Virus record (IMG/VR): IMGVR_UViG_3300020442_000007
Location: 32,001 to 96,000 of that record
Reading direction: 5' to 3' (one strand)
Source: a virus
DNA: 64,000 nucleotides
The position numbers and the translations under genes were made by a program. Each line of letters opens with the position of its first letter. The first letter of the stretch is position 1. Positions 34,561 through 44,244 of this stretch are shown piece by piece. The notes below the pieces were generated by a model. The model was not told where the DNA came from. It made no database searches and saw nothing but the letters and a program-made list of their open reading frames with translations.

Positions 34561-35208
34561 ATGAAAACTAATCCCATTATAGTAGTAAACGCCCTTATGG
34601 GTTCTAAAGGACATCAGATTGCAAGACTGATAGCTAGTTGTTCTAATGTGCGATGGTATGATCATCATTGGAATGGTGCCAATCCTTGGGAACCTTGTAG
34701 TCATATCTTAAATCATGAATATAGCAAATATCATTTTGATAGAAGATTTAGTGATAACTCAACTATACCTCCTGTACTAGATTTTGCAGAACGTAGCAAT
34801 CATGAAGCACAAAAAATTCCATATGATATATTAGGCAAAGATGAAAAATTGATTTATGTTACACATGGAGATTTGGGCGAATCACGTGATTTCTTTAATG
34901 GCAAACATTTGGTAGTTTTTGATAAAGATATAAAAAGATTTTTTGAAACATCTTGGAAATACAAAGTGGGAAAAACAAGAACTCTTATAAGTGAACTATA
35001 TACTGTAGCAGAAGCAAAAGCTATGCTAAAAGGCGTCTTAGACAGCTATACAACGCATCTAAGCGGTGATGACTTTGCTATACATAGTGTAGAGGACCTT
35101 CTTAATATAGACATGTTTAAAATGCTTTGTAGCAAGTTTAATTTGAATTTTGACGAGAACGCATATAATAAAGTATGTAAATTTATAGATGAAAATAGAA
35201 ATAATTAA
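34561..35208 (+). CDS. sulfotransferase-like P-loop protein
   Basis: IIVVNALMGSKGHQIARLI, degenerate 5'-PSB-type loop. Confidence 0.45.
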   Translation: MKTNPIIVVNALMGSKGHQIARLIASCSNVRWYDHHWNGANPWEPCSHILNHEYSKYHFDRRFSDNSTIPPVLDFAERSNHEAQKIPYDILGKDEKLIYVTHGDLGESRDFFNGKHLVVFDKDIKRFFETSWKYKVGKTRTLISELYTVAEAKAMLKGVLDSYTTHLSGDDFAIHSVEDLLNIDMFKMLCSKFNLNFDENAYNKVCKFIDENRNN

Positions 35209-35740
35209 TGATAACCTAAAACCAAAATTGAGATCCTTTTGCCAAAAAGCAGAAGCACTAGGGTATAGTAATAATGCTAGTCTTGATGCAATGAAATTTG
35301 ATTGGTGCCAAGAAATTGGTAAATGGCTATGTGCAATAGAAAATGATGAAATAATTGCAGTAGCAGGATGCCATCCCCTTCCAGAAGTTTCAAAAAATGC
35401 TTGGAGAATAATGTTCAGAGGTTGCGAGCTACCCAAAAAAGATAATTTTAAAGGATTAGGCAAAGGAGATTGGAATAGTATTACACAACGTGAAATGATT
35501 CCATATTTCATTAATTACTGTCCTACAAAGGAAATTTACATAACTACTAATATAGACAACGAACATTCTAATGGCAAGGCTAGCCGTAACCATAGATTAA
35601 TGGGGTTACTAGCCAAACAAGGAATACTTGATTGGCACTCTAATATTACATTATACTATACTGAACAAACTGTTTGGAAACTTAATATAGAGGAATATAC
35701 AAGACGCAGGAATTTGTTAGGAGGAAAATATGTGGGTTAA
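35189..35740 (+). CDS. GNAT-like acetyltransferase
   Basis: IENDEIIAVAGCH..WRIMFRG.ELP...GLG. Confidence 0.55.
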   Translation: MKIEIINDNLKPKLRSFCQKAEALGYSNNASLDAMKFDWCQEIGKWLCAIENDEIIAVAGCHPLPEVSKNAWRIMFRGCELPKKDNFKGLGKGDWNSITQREMIPYFINYCPTKEIYITTNIDNEHSNGKASRNHRLMGLLAKQGILDWHSNITLYYTEQTVWKLNIEEYTRRRNLLGGKYVG

Positions 35741-35987
35741 TTGGAAACATTTAAATGAAGCGAAAACAAAAGCAGGAAGACCAGATGCTGGTTATTTTTG
35801 GCACTTTAAACTTGCAATTAACGAATTCTTTTTCTTGCTTTTTGTATGCATAGGTAGTTTGATACATGCTTTCTTTCCGTGGGTGCTTGATTTTAAATTG
35901 TTAGAATGGCGCATAAACAGGTTAAAAGAATTAAAGAAAAAATTACCAGATGATCCACAACTTAAAAAGGTGAAGTTTTATGACTAA
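35730..35987 (+). CDS. small DUF6356-like protein
   Basis: HL.E...YF.H...IHAFFPW; paralogue of 48378..48623. Confidence 0.55.
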   Translation: MWVNWKHLNEAKTKAGRPDAGYFWHFKLAINEFFFLLFVCIGSLIHAFFPWVLDFKLLEWRINRLKELKKKLPDDPQLKKVKFYD

Positions 35988-36816
35988 TGTTTTAGATTTA
36001 ATTGCATATAAAAATGGAGAATATAAACCATTAGGACAAATAGGTCCAACAATTTTAGATTTTGGATTTATTCATTGCGATGCTACATATGATGTGATGC
36101 CAGTATATGACGGAAAAGCATTTTGTTATGATAGACATTTGCAGAGATTTAAAAATAGTGCTGAACGATACGGACTTACACTTCCAGACGTTGATCCTTT
36201 AGAAATAATAAAAGAATTAGCAAAACGCAATCCTATTGAAAATGCATTTGTTTGGTTTTTGATATGGCGTGGTTATCCACCTAGTGGAAATCCAAGAGAC
36301 TTAGAAAATTGTCCTGTAAATTTTGCAATGTATATAAAACCAAGTTATCCTATAGCAAGTACGCCTCAAGTGAAATTATTTTTAGATAGAGATACAAAAC
36401 GTGTAAATGATGATTATTATGGACAAACATATAAAAACATGGCTTGGATAGAACTTACAATGAGTCAACGTAACAGGCCAAATAATTATGATACAACTGT
36501 TTTAGTTGACACAAACGGTTTTATAACCGAAGGTCCTGGATTTAATGTTGGCATTGTTAAAGATAAAATTATAATGACATCTGATAAAAATGTACTAAAA
36601 GGTATAACAATGAGTGTCGTTGAAGACATTGCCAACGAAAACGGTTCTACTTTCAAACGCTTACCTATAAGTGCAGAATTTTTTGAATCTGCTGATGAAG
36701 TTTTTATTACAAGCTCAAGTGGAGGTGTAACGGCTACTGATAAAACAGGTGTGGTCACAGATTTTTTGATTGCACAATATGAGAAGAAAAAAACTGAGTA
36801 TGCAACAGAGTTATGA
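35980..36816 (+). CDS. PLP-dependent class IV aminotransferase, (R)-amine transaminase-like
   Basis: DFGFIHCDATYDV, HLQRF..SA, YKNMAW (catalytic Lys), EGPGFN, LKGIT, ADEVFITSSSGG. Confidence 0.88.
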   Translation: MTNVLDLIAYKNGEYKPLGQIGPTILDFGFIHCDATYDVMPVYDGKAFCYDRHLQRFKNSAERYGLTLPDVDPLEIIKELAKRNPIENAFVWFLIWRGYPPSGNPRDLENCPVNFAMYIKPSYPIASTPQVKLFLDRDTKRVNDDYYGQTYKNMAWIELTMSQRNRPNNYDTTVLVDTNGFITEGPGFNVGIVKDKIIMTSDKNVLKGITMSVVEDIANENGSTFKRLPISAEFFESADEVFITSSSGGVTATDKTGVVTDFLIAQYEKKKTEYATEL

Positions 36817-37550
36817 CAGACTTCAAACAAATATTAAAAGAAGGTTGCACTATATCAAGTAGTGGAACCACTGGCACGCCTAAACAAATTTTTAGATCTC
36901 CAAAAAATTTAGAAGCATGTAATGCTGTTGCTATCAAGGATCAGCATATCACATCAAAGAGCAAAATATTTACTTGCACAAGAATGACTCATGCTGGAGG
37001 GTTATTACTGCAAAGTTTACCTGCATATACATTAGGATGTGATATTCACATTACAAAATTTAATCCTTTTAGTTTTATTAAAGATTTTGAAAAATACACA
37101 CACACCTTTTTACCTCCTGCTATGTGTGAAGCCATAATAAAAACTAAAGGATTTTCAAACGCTAATTTTAACGGAAAAATAATAGCAATGGGCAGTGATA
37201 TAATACCTTGGGATCATATTCGTAAATTTGTAAGCAAAGGCGCAACAGTTATTGCTAATTGGGGTATGAGTGAAATAGGTCCATGTGCAATAAACACAAC
37301 ATTTGAGACACTAAAGTATGTTGACAGGCATGCAGAATGGGCACCTAATGGATTACCTATTATGGGTGAAAATTTAAATTGTTGCTATCAAATTGATTAT
37401 AAAACAGACGAACTACTTGTTAAAGGAGATATCTGTATTCATGATGATTGGTTTGCAACAGGCGATAAAGTGCATTTACATTATAAAATGCCGCAACTAG
37501 GTTATTTTCCTATATTATATTATAAAGCAAGATTAGCACACGCCAGTTGA
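36813..37550 (+). CDS. minimal AMP-binding (ANL) adenylate-forming enzyme
   Basis: SSSGTTGTPK, HAGG, WGMSEIGP, WFATGD; lacks C-terminal subdomain. Confidence 0.8.
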   Translation: MTDFKQILKEGCTISSSGTTGTPKQIFRSPKNLEACNAVAIKDQHITSKSKIFTCTRMTHAGGLLLQSLPAYTLGCDIHITKFNPFSFIKDFEKYTHTFLPPAMCEAIIKTKGFSNANFNGKIIAMGSDIIPWDHIRKFVSKGATVIANWGMSEIGPCAINTTFETLKYVDRHAEWAPNGLPIMGENLNCCYQIDYKTDELLVKGDICIHDDWFATGDKVHLHYKMPQLGYFPILYYKARLAHAS

Positions 37551-38264
37551 AATTCTTTCAACTATGTGATTTAAGGCTGGATAATAATCATCATCTTTTG
37601 GGTCATGCTTACTTAACACATCAGCAAGTTTATCATCTCTTTTACAAAATTCATTAAAACTTATCGTTTTATTTGGTAAACCTAACCCTTCGAAAATTTC
37701 TTGTACTGTATTATTTCTTATAGTAGGAAAAAAATTTGTGATATTTTGATTTTCAATAGCAATTTGTTTTTTCATACCTACATCATCTTTATACCAAAAA
37801 TAATGAGGATATGATATATCCCAACCTCCACAGATATGCCACCATTCAAAACATTCTTCATTAGTTCTTTGAACACCTATAAACTTTGCATCTGGAAACA
37901 TATTTTTTAGATAGTCAAGATGATAAGCAAACCAATGACTTTTGATTATTTTTTTACCATGATTCCAGTCTGTGTAAGGTTTTTTAAAATCCTCAACAAT
38001 TTGTTCTTTGCTAAGTGTATCAAGTATATCAAACTGTTTTCCAAACTCATGATCAGGACCCCAATACGCACCTCTATGCCAACCCCTGGTAACTAATTTA
38101 CCTGTATCAGGATTGATAGTCTCATGATTGTAAACTCTATCAGGGGTTTCATCAGAAATATTTATATCTATGTTTGATGTTATCATACGTAGTATTCCGC
38201 TCCATCTACTGCCTGGAGCACCTGTCGCTAAAATTAAATCTTTACCTGTGTAATCTTCATACAT
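37533..38264 (-). CDS. sulfotransferase-like P-loop protein
   Basis: ILATGAPGSRWS, IIKSHWF, FPDAKFI.V.R; paralogue of 40024..40731. Confidence 0.6.
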   Translation of the reverse strand: MYEDYTGKDLILATGAPGSRWSGILRMITSNIDINISDETPDRVYNHETINPDTGKLVTRGWHRGAYWGPDHEFGKQFDILDTLSKEQIVEDFKKPYTDWNHGKKIIKSHWFAYHLDYLKNMFPDAKFIGVQRTNEECFEWWHICGGWDISYPHYFWYKDDVGMKKQIAIENQNITNFFPTIRNNTVQEIFEGLGLPNKTISFNEFCKRDDKLADVLSKHDPKDDDYYPALNHIVERISTGVC

Positions 38265-39051
38265 TTTTTATTCCTTCTAAAATCATTTCTGCCATAATTT
38301 TATGTGATTCAACTCCAGGATGAAACCCATCTCTTGCTAAATCTACTACAGTTTCTTTTGCTTCAAACGGCACCTTGGATATATTATGTAGACTTGGCAC
38401 AATAGACTTCCACGCCCTTCTTTCACAATATGCAAGAATTAGTCTTGAATTCGGAAACAAACCTTTTAAAAAAAAGTCAAATAATTTTAAACAGTCAACA
38501 TCTGAATTAGTAAAATGTTTTTTGTATCCTTCTTCTTGTTCTAACTTTCTTATTTTATATATTTCACGTAAAGCCCAACCATAATTTTGAAAAAACCTTG
38601 TATCATTTAAAACAACATAATCAGGATTAAAATTTTTAAATTCTATTAATGGATCTATAATATCAGTTAATGAATCAGCTGAGCTAAAATTTATATAAGA
38701 TGCATTTAATTTTTCTGCCACTAAATATGGAAAACTTTCTTCTACATTCACTCCGGTACCTAGACATAAACTTCCACCGGCAAATATAATCTTAACATCA
38801 GCGTCATAATTTGGTTCAGGTCCTCGGAGACCTAAGCTATTCCATCTATATTCTACATGTTTATTTACAGCATCTTTTTGAGCTATATGTGCCGTAAATA
38901 GATCTCTCCCTCTGCCCCCAACCCAAGGTTTACTATTTTCCTCATTATCTTTTCCGTTCCAAAGATCTATTGTGCAAGGTTCGTTAAACATTTGTTTACG
39001 TATCTTAGGTTGTTGTCCTTTTGTTTTTCTTGGGGTAATAGGTTCAGACAT
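38257..39051 (-). CDS. SGNH/GDSL hydrolase-like protein
   Basis: NSLGLRG, FAGGSLCLG.GV, ARDGFHPG..SH (DxxH). Confidence 0.65.
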   Translation of the reverse strand: MSEPITPRKTKGQQPKIRKQMFNEPCTIDLWNGKDNEENSKPWVGGRGRDLFTAHIAQKDAVNKHVEYRWNSLGLRGPEPNYDADVKIIFAGGSLCLGTGVNVEESFPYLVAEKLNASYINFSSADSLTDIIDPLIEFKNFNPDYVVLNDTRFFQNYGWALREIYKIRKLEQEEGYKKHFTNSDVDCLKLFDFFLKGLFPNSRLILAYCERRAWKSIVPSLHNISKVPFEAKETVVDLARDGFHPGVESHKIMAEMILEGIKNV

Positions 39052-40015
39052 TAATTATATGCTCTTTAGATCCGTTGTTCATTAAATTAGTAAACTTTTC
39101 ATTTATAAATCCAGTAGCTTGTAAAGTTATTCTTGGTGTGTAGCCCATATTAGAAGCAGCATGCGGCATATTACACCAATCATACACAACACATTCACCT
39201 GCATCATAACCTTGATAATATGTATTTCCGAACTGCCATACATGTCCATAATCCCAAGGTGTTAAAGCTATCAGTATCCTACGTAACATAAGTGGATTTT
39301 TATCTGCTCCTGCGGCAATCCATTTTTCTCTCCATTCTGGTCTAGCATATCTCATCTGTTGATCAATATGGAAAGGTGTTACTTCTCCTAGACGTTGTAT
39401 ATGCACTCTTGATTGATGTACATCATACATACCTACTGCTTCTAACATTCTAAAAAAAACAGCAGAATCAGGATGAGTATCTCTTCTTTCATTATGAGCA
39501 ATTTGATGATGATACATGCAAGATACATCATCTTTGCCTGATGCACGTTTAATGTCCATCATTTCACCTTCATGTAAATCTTTATCTTGCTGACTAGAAT
39601 TACGTGGTCTATAGTTTCCTATAGTATGTTCTTTACATTTTCTTAAAGCTCTTTGTACACCAGCTTCCCAGTCACCTTTAAATTTACACATAACTGTAAA
39701 AGTTTTTTCTTGTGGATCACCTTTTGGATCAAAATGCCAAGTAGACCGCAATTTATTATGATACCATCTACTAGGAATTCCGTCAACCGTGTAAACATTC
39801 ATGTTAGATTTTTTATGACGTTGTAGTTGCTCCTCTGAATACATATCATCTTGGTAATTGCTATCATTAATGTTCACACCTTCTTCAAGTTGTGGAATTT
39901 GATCCGGTACAAGATCTTTGACACGATCACCGGAATAATAATTAACATTATCTTTATCACCTTCAATTGATTTTTTTAAAATTTTGTTTGCATCATCTGC
40001 GTAATCTTTTTCCAT
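39044..40015 (-). CDS. Fe(II)/2OG oxygenase (Asp/Asn beta-hydroxylase-like fold)
   Basis: HIQRLG..PFHIDQ, RILIAL..W..G, DWCNMPHAASN..PRITLQ. Confidence 0.7.
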   Translation of the reverse strand: MEKDYADDANKILKKSIEGDKDNVNYYSGDRVKDLVPDQIPQLEEGVNINDSNYQDDMYSEEQLQRHKKSNMNVYTVDGIPSRWYHNKLRSTWHFDPKGDPQEKTFTVMCKFKGDWEAGVQRALRKCKEHTIGNYRPRNSSQQDKDLHEGEMMDIKRASGKDDVSCMYHHQIAHNERRDTHPDSAVFFRMLEAVGMYDVHQSRVHIQRLGEVTPFHIDQQMRYARPEWREKWIAAGADKNPLMLRRILIALTPWDYGHVWQFGNTYYQGYDAGECVVYDWCNMPHAASNMGYTPRITLQATGFINEKFTNLMNNGSKEHIINV

Positions 40016-40023
40016 ATTTGCTC

Positions 40024-40731
40024 CTAAAAATTGTATTCACACACGTTTACATCAAGCACATATCTTCCATTAAAATTATTAACTTCTTTCGGTTGGCTTT
40101 TCTCTATAGAAGAAATATAAAAATCTAACCAATCATATTCTTCTTTTGATTCTAACCCCCAGCGTTCTTTAAAATAATACCTATCACAAACATTAACTCT
40201 TAATTTGTTTTCTCCTACCCAATTATTCGCTGCGGCTACTTCTTCAAATATTTTTTCTTTGAGTAGGTCATAATTTTTATAATATGTATGATAATCTGGA
40301 TAATCAATAGACTCAAATCCTCCAGCACCTTTCCAGCCTCTGAAATTTTTTATTTCAGTTCTAAGCACAATCATTATTTTTGCTAATGGAAAAGTTTTTC
40401 TTATGTAATCTAATTGTAAGGAAAAATGATGACATTTAATAATTCTATAAGTATCCCAAGTTTTGTCAGCATATGGTCCGTCTATTTCTTGAATTATTTC
40501 TTCTTTAGTCAAAGTATCTAGTTTATCAAATTTTTGTCCGTATTCTTGTCCAGGACCCCAGTACGCTCCTAAGTGCTGTACTGGAGATCTTGTATGTGTA
40601 TACACTCTGTCATCTCTGTGATCAGATATGTTAATTGGCATAATAGTATTTTTTGATATTACGTTAGATACTGCACTCCATTTACTACCTGGGGCTCCAG
40701 TAAAGAATATTAGTTTACTTTCATCATACAT
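40024..40731 (-). CDS. sulfotransferase-like P-loop protein
   Basis: IFFTGAPGSKWS, GAYWGP, IIKCHHF, FPLAKIMIVLR. Confidence 0.6.
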   Translation of the reverse strand: MYDESKLIFFTGAPGSKWSAVSNVISKNTIMPINISDHRDDRVYTHTRSPVQHLGAYWGPGQEYGQKFDKLDTLTKEEIIQEIDGPYADKTWDTYRIIKCHHFSLQLDYIRKTFPLAKIMIVLRTEIKNFRGWKGAGGFESIDYPDYHTYYKNYDLLKEKIFEEVAAANNWVGENKLRVNVCDRYYFKERWGLESKEEYDWLDFYISSIEKSQPKEVNNFNGRYVLDVNVCEYNF

Positions 40732-40754
40732 TAATTTTTTTCCTATGTAAATAT

Positions 40755-41495
40755 TTATTTTGGCTTGTAAAACTCAAAATACAATCTGTCACCGTTATCT
40801 TTTTTAAACTTTTCTAATTCAAGATTGTGTTCTTTTGCTAGTTCATATGCTACTTCAAACGACCAAGGAAAGATATCTACAAAAGGTCCTTTTGGCCATA
40901 AATGCCCAGGATTAGCACGAAAATACATTCTACCTCCAGGCATTAATATTTCTACAAGTTTTGCAAATCTTGTATTAATATCACCTCTATCACCGAAGTT
41001 TAAACTACCGAACACTATGATATGATCATAGCTCTCTGGCTCAACAGCAAATTCTAATATATCAACCATATAGTCTGCACTATTATTATATGGATCTATA
41101 CCAATTAGATTTTTAATTCTATTTTTAAATGGATGATATCCACAACCAAAGTCTAACACCGCTTTTGGATCTGTATTGTTTATTGTATCTACTAATGCCC
41201 ATCCGCTGTATTGATATATTTCAGTTTTAGGTTGCCAAATCTCCCCAAAAAACCTATGCATATATCTTGAATCAAGATCAGATACTAATTCTTTCACAGT
41301 AACATCTAAAGTTTCTATATCAAGTTGTAACTTAGATGACACATTGTCTTTAAACTTACGTAACCTAGCTGGTGACCAAGGTAACGAACCGATATTTGTA
41401 TCGATTGTAATCTGATCATTAATATTGTTATACTTAGGTAAATTGAAGGAGTTTTTTAAATTTTCGTCGATTAGACTAAAAATTCGAGTGTTCAT
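40755..41495 (-). CDS. class I SAM methyltransferase with N-terminal ACP-like segment
   Basis: VLDFGCG, IGIDP, YDHIIVFGSLNF, LMPGG. Confidence 0.8.
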   Translation of the reverse strand: MNTRIFSLIDENLKNSFNLPKYNNINDQITIDTNIGSLPWSPARLRKFKDNVSSKLQLDIETLDVTVKELVSDLDSRYMHRFFGEIWQPKTEIYQYSGWALVDTINNTDPKAVLDFGCGYHPFKNRIKNLIGIDPYNNSADYMVDILEFAVEPESYDHIIVFGSLNFGDRGDINTRFAKLVEILMPGGRMYFRANPGHLWPKGPFVDIFPWSFEVAYELAKEHNLELEKFKKDNGDRLYFEFYKPK

Positions 41496-41668
41496 AAAAA
41501 AAATCTCCTTTTTGATAAATAAATGTATGCAATAATAAAAAAAGATTCACTTTTAAAAATTTTTTTATCCGCATCATATAATTACTTATGTTATATGTAT
41601 TATTTAAGGATCAACTCTGAAACTTAAAAATTTAATAATGAAGTATAAACTAAAGGAGATATAACATT

Positions 41669-42724
41669 ATGAAGAAACTAATCATTGGAGTCTTTATGGC
41701 TTTGACGATGTCAGCTACAACAGCTTTTGCTGATTATACGCTGATTGTTCCTCAGGCACCTGGTAAGGGTACTTCTGTATGGAGCGAAATTATCGCTAAG
41801 AACTTAGAAAAGTTCATCGGTGAACCAGTCGTGGTTCGTCATATTCCAGGCGCAAGAGATATTCCTGGTTTTAACAAGTTCCACAACAGCCTACGTTTTG
41901 ATGACAAAACAATTATGGTTGCACACGGTGGTAACGGTGTGTCGTACTTGTTGGATAAAGTTGACTACAACTATTTCGACTATGAACTAATGGGTTCTAT
42001 GAACAATGATATTGTTCTTGGTAAACATGCTGGTGCTGATGAAAAATCAGGAAACTGGACTATTGCAGGTGGATCAGGTTTTGAACCAGATGCAGCGGCA
42101 GTGGCAATGTTACTTTGTGGTCCACAAGGTGACAACACAGTAGACGACTATCTAAAATGTTGGAGAGAACGTGTAACTTGGGTTAACGGTGTATCAGGAG
42201 GCGAAAAGCGTCTTGGTTTTAAAAACGGTGAATTTGATGTAGCACGTGAATCGCCTGCGGCTTGGAAACGTTTCTACGAAGGTATCGAAGGTAATGAACT
42301 TTGGTTCACACACGGTATCCTAGACTTGGAAAATAAAGTACAAATGGCAGACCCAAACTTTCCAGGTACACAGTTCGAGGACTTGTACGAAAAGTTATGG
42401 GGCGAAGCACCAAAAGGTGATTTGTATGAAGCATATCGCTTAACACGTAACTGGCGTGATGCTATCCAAAAGTCTCTTTGGGTAAACAAAGGCAATCCTA
42501 ATGCGGCAAAGATCAAAGCTGCTGTAACTGAAATGATTAATGATCCAGTTGCGAGTGCTGAAATTTATGCTAAAACAGGAACTTATCCTTGGATCCAAGA
42601 TGGCCCAGCATTATTAGCTACTCTAAAATCCCTAATTACAGAGAAAGCTCTTAAAGATGCGGTTAAATGGAATCAGGAAGCATATGGCTTTCCATCAATT
42701 TATAAGCCAGAGCTTTTAAAGTAA
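41669..42724 (+). CDS. tctC: tripartite tricarboxylate transporter substrate-binding protein
   Basis: Signal peptide ..TTAFA; LIVPQAPGKGT, IGEPVVVRHIPGA; adjacent to tctA. Confidence 0.8.
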   Translation: MKKLIIGVFMALTMSATTAFADYTLIVPQAPGKGTSVWSEIIAKNLEKFIGEPVVVRHIPGARDIPGFNKFHNSLRFDDKTIMVAHGGNGVSYLLDKVDYNYFDYELMGSMNNDIVLGKHAGADEKSGNWTIAGGSGFEPDAAAVAMLLCGPQGDNTVDDYLKCWRERVTWVNGVSGGEKRLGFKNGEFDVARESPAAWKRFYEGIEGNELWFTHGILDLENKVQMADPNFPGTQFEDLYEKLWGEAPKGDLYEAYRLTRNWRDAIQKSLWVNKGNPNAAKIKAAVTEMINDPVASAEIYAKTGTYPWIQDGPALLATLKSLITEKALKDAVKWNQEAYGFPSIYKPELLK

Positions 42725-42735
42725 AGGATTAACCT

Positions 42736-44244
42736 ATGGACTATGTTATCTGGGCATTAATTGGCACCATGTATGGAATGCTAGTTGGTATTATACCTAT
42801 TGCAGGTGTAACTACCGCCCTGATAACTGTCTTTAGCATGGGAGCATACTTTATGGCTGACCCTTATTTGGGGTTAGTCTTTCTTACTGCAATAGTAGCA
42901 AGTTGTGCAAGTGCAGATAGTTATACAAGTATTCTTACAGGCATACCAGGAGCAAGTACAACTGCGGCCTGTGTTATAGATGGTTATCCAATGGCGAAAA
43001 AAGGCCAAGCCTCAAGAGCAATGGGCATTGCTATTGCTGACTCTACTTTTAACGGAGTTGTATTTGCAGCACTGACATTCTTTTTACTTCCTTATTATGG
43101 GAAGATTATAGTATTATTTGGACGTCCAGAGTTTCTGGGCTTCATGACAATGGCACTAGCCTGTGTAGGCTTTGTGGCAAGTAAAAACGTATTTTTAAGT
43201 ATATGTGCAATCATATTCGGACTAGCAGTAGGTATGGTTGGCGAAGATGTTGTAAGTAATCCTAGACTAACATTTGGTTGGGAATATTTACAAAATGGAA
43301 TAGGAATGGTAGTTTTACTATCAGGCCTGTTTGGAGTACCAGAATTATTAGATGGATTTAGAAGAAAATTAAAATCCGCAGCACCACCAATAAATGGAAG
43401 TTATTGGACAGGTCTTTTCCAAGGCTTCCGTGATGTAAAAACACACTGGCGTGATATGATACGTGGTGGGTTGATTGGTTTCGTTACTGGTTTATTACCA
43501 GGTGTAGGAGGCGCAGTAGGTGACTTCTTAGCATACGGTGCCACAAAGGCTGCACATAAAGAAAAAGACCAAGAAGTTCCTTTTGGTGAAGGTAACCCTG
43601 TAGGATTATTAGGGTGTGAAGGAGCAAACAATGCACAAAAGGTGTCTAGTATGATTCCTGCATGTTTGTTTGGAATACCAGCTGCGCCTTTTGCCGCAAT
43701 GGTAATGGCAATATGTATGTATTTCGGTATGGAGATTGGTACACCAAGTCTATTAGATGATATACAGTTTACAAATAGTTTAGCATTTGGTTATATTTTT
43801 GGGACTATTGGTGTTGCATTGTTAAGTATATTTTTATACAAGTATATACTTAAAATATTAGAAGTGCCTTTTTGGATTTACGCAACTTTTATTTTAGCAG
43901 TAATTGTTTATGCTAATATGCAATACACAGGTGGTTGGGAAGATTTAGCTTTACTTGCTATCTTAAGTGCTATAGGAGTCTTATGTAAAATGTGGAACAT
44001 TAGTAGACCAGCAATTCTAGTTGCATACGTTGTAGCTTTTAAGATAGATGAATACTTTTGGGGAACATTGCAGATTTATGGTTATAAACAATGGAAACCA
44101 GGATTAAGTTCAATGTCTGACTTTAGGTGGTTTGAATTATTTAACATATATAACCATCCTATATTCCTTATATGTATTGTTGTTGCATTAGGAATATTTA
44201 TAAACAGTTTAGTTAGAAAAGATAAAGGACTTGATTACGTATGA
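42736..44244 (+). CDS. tctA: tripartite tricarboxylate transporter large permease
   Basis: About 12 TM; IPGASTTAACVIDGYPMAKKG, GLLPGVGG..FLAY, EGANNA..SMIP..FGIP. Confidence 0.92.
   Translation: MDYVIWALIGTMYGMLVGIIPIAGVTTALITVFSMGAYFMADPYLGLVFLTAIVASCASADSYTSILTGIPGASTTAACVIDGYPMAKKGQASRAMGIAIADSTFNGVVFAALTFFLLPYYGKIIVLFGRPEFLGFMTMALACVGFVASKNVFLSICAIIFGLAVGMVGEDVVSNPRLTFGWEYLQNGIGMVVLLSGLFGVPELLDGFRRKLKSAAPPINGSYWTGLFQGFRDVKTHWRDMIRGGLIGFVTGLLPGVGGAVGDFLAYGATKAAHKEKDQEVPFGEGNPVGLLGCEGANNAQKVSSMIPACLFGIPAAPFAAMVMAICMYFGMEIGTPSLLDDIQFTNSLAFGYIFGTIGVALLSIFLYKYILKILEVPFWIYATFILAVIVYANMQYTGGWEDLALLAILSAIGVLCKMWNISRPAILVAYVVAFKIDEYFWGTLQIYGYKQWKPGLSSMSDFRWFELFNIYNHPIFLICIVVALGIFINSLVRKDKGLDYV

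Noticed and set aside
41496-41668. ncRNA, tRNA or origin in the largest intergenic gap
   Set aside because: AT-rich divergent promoter region; no cloverleaf, iterons or convincing stem seen
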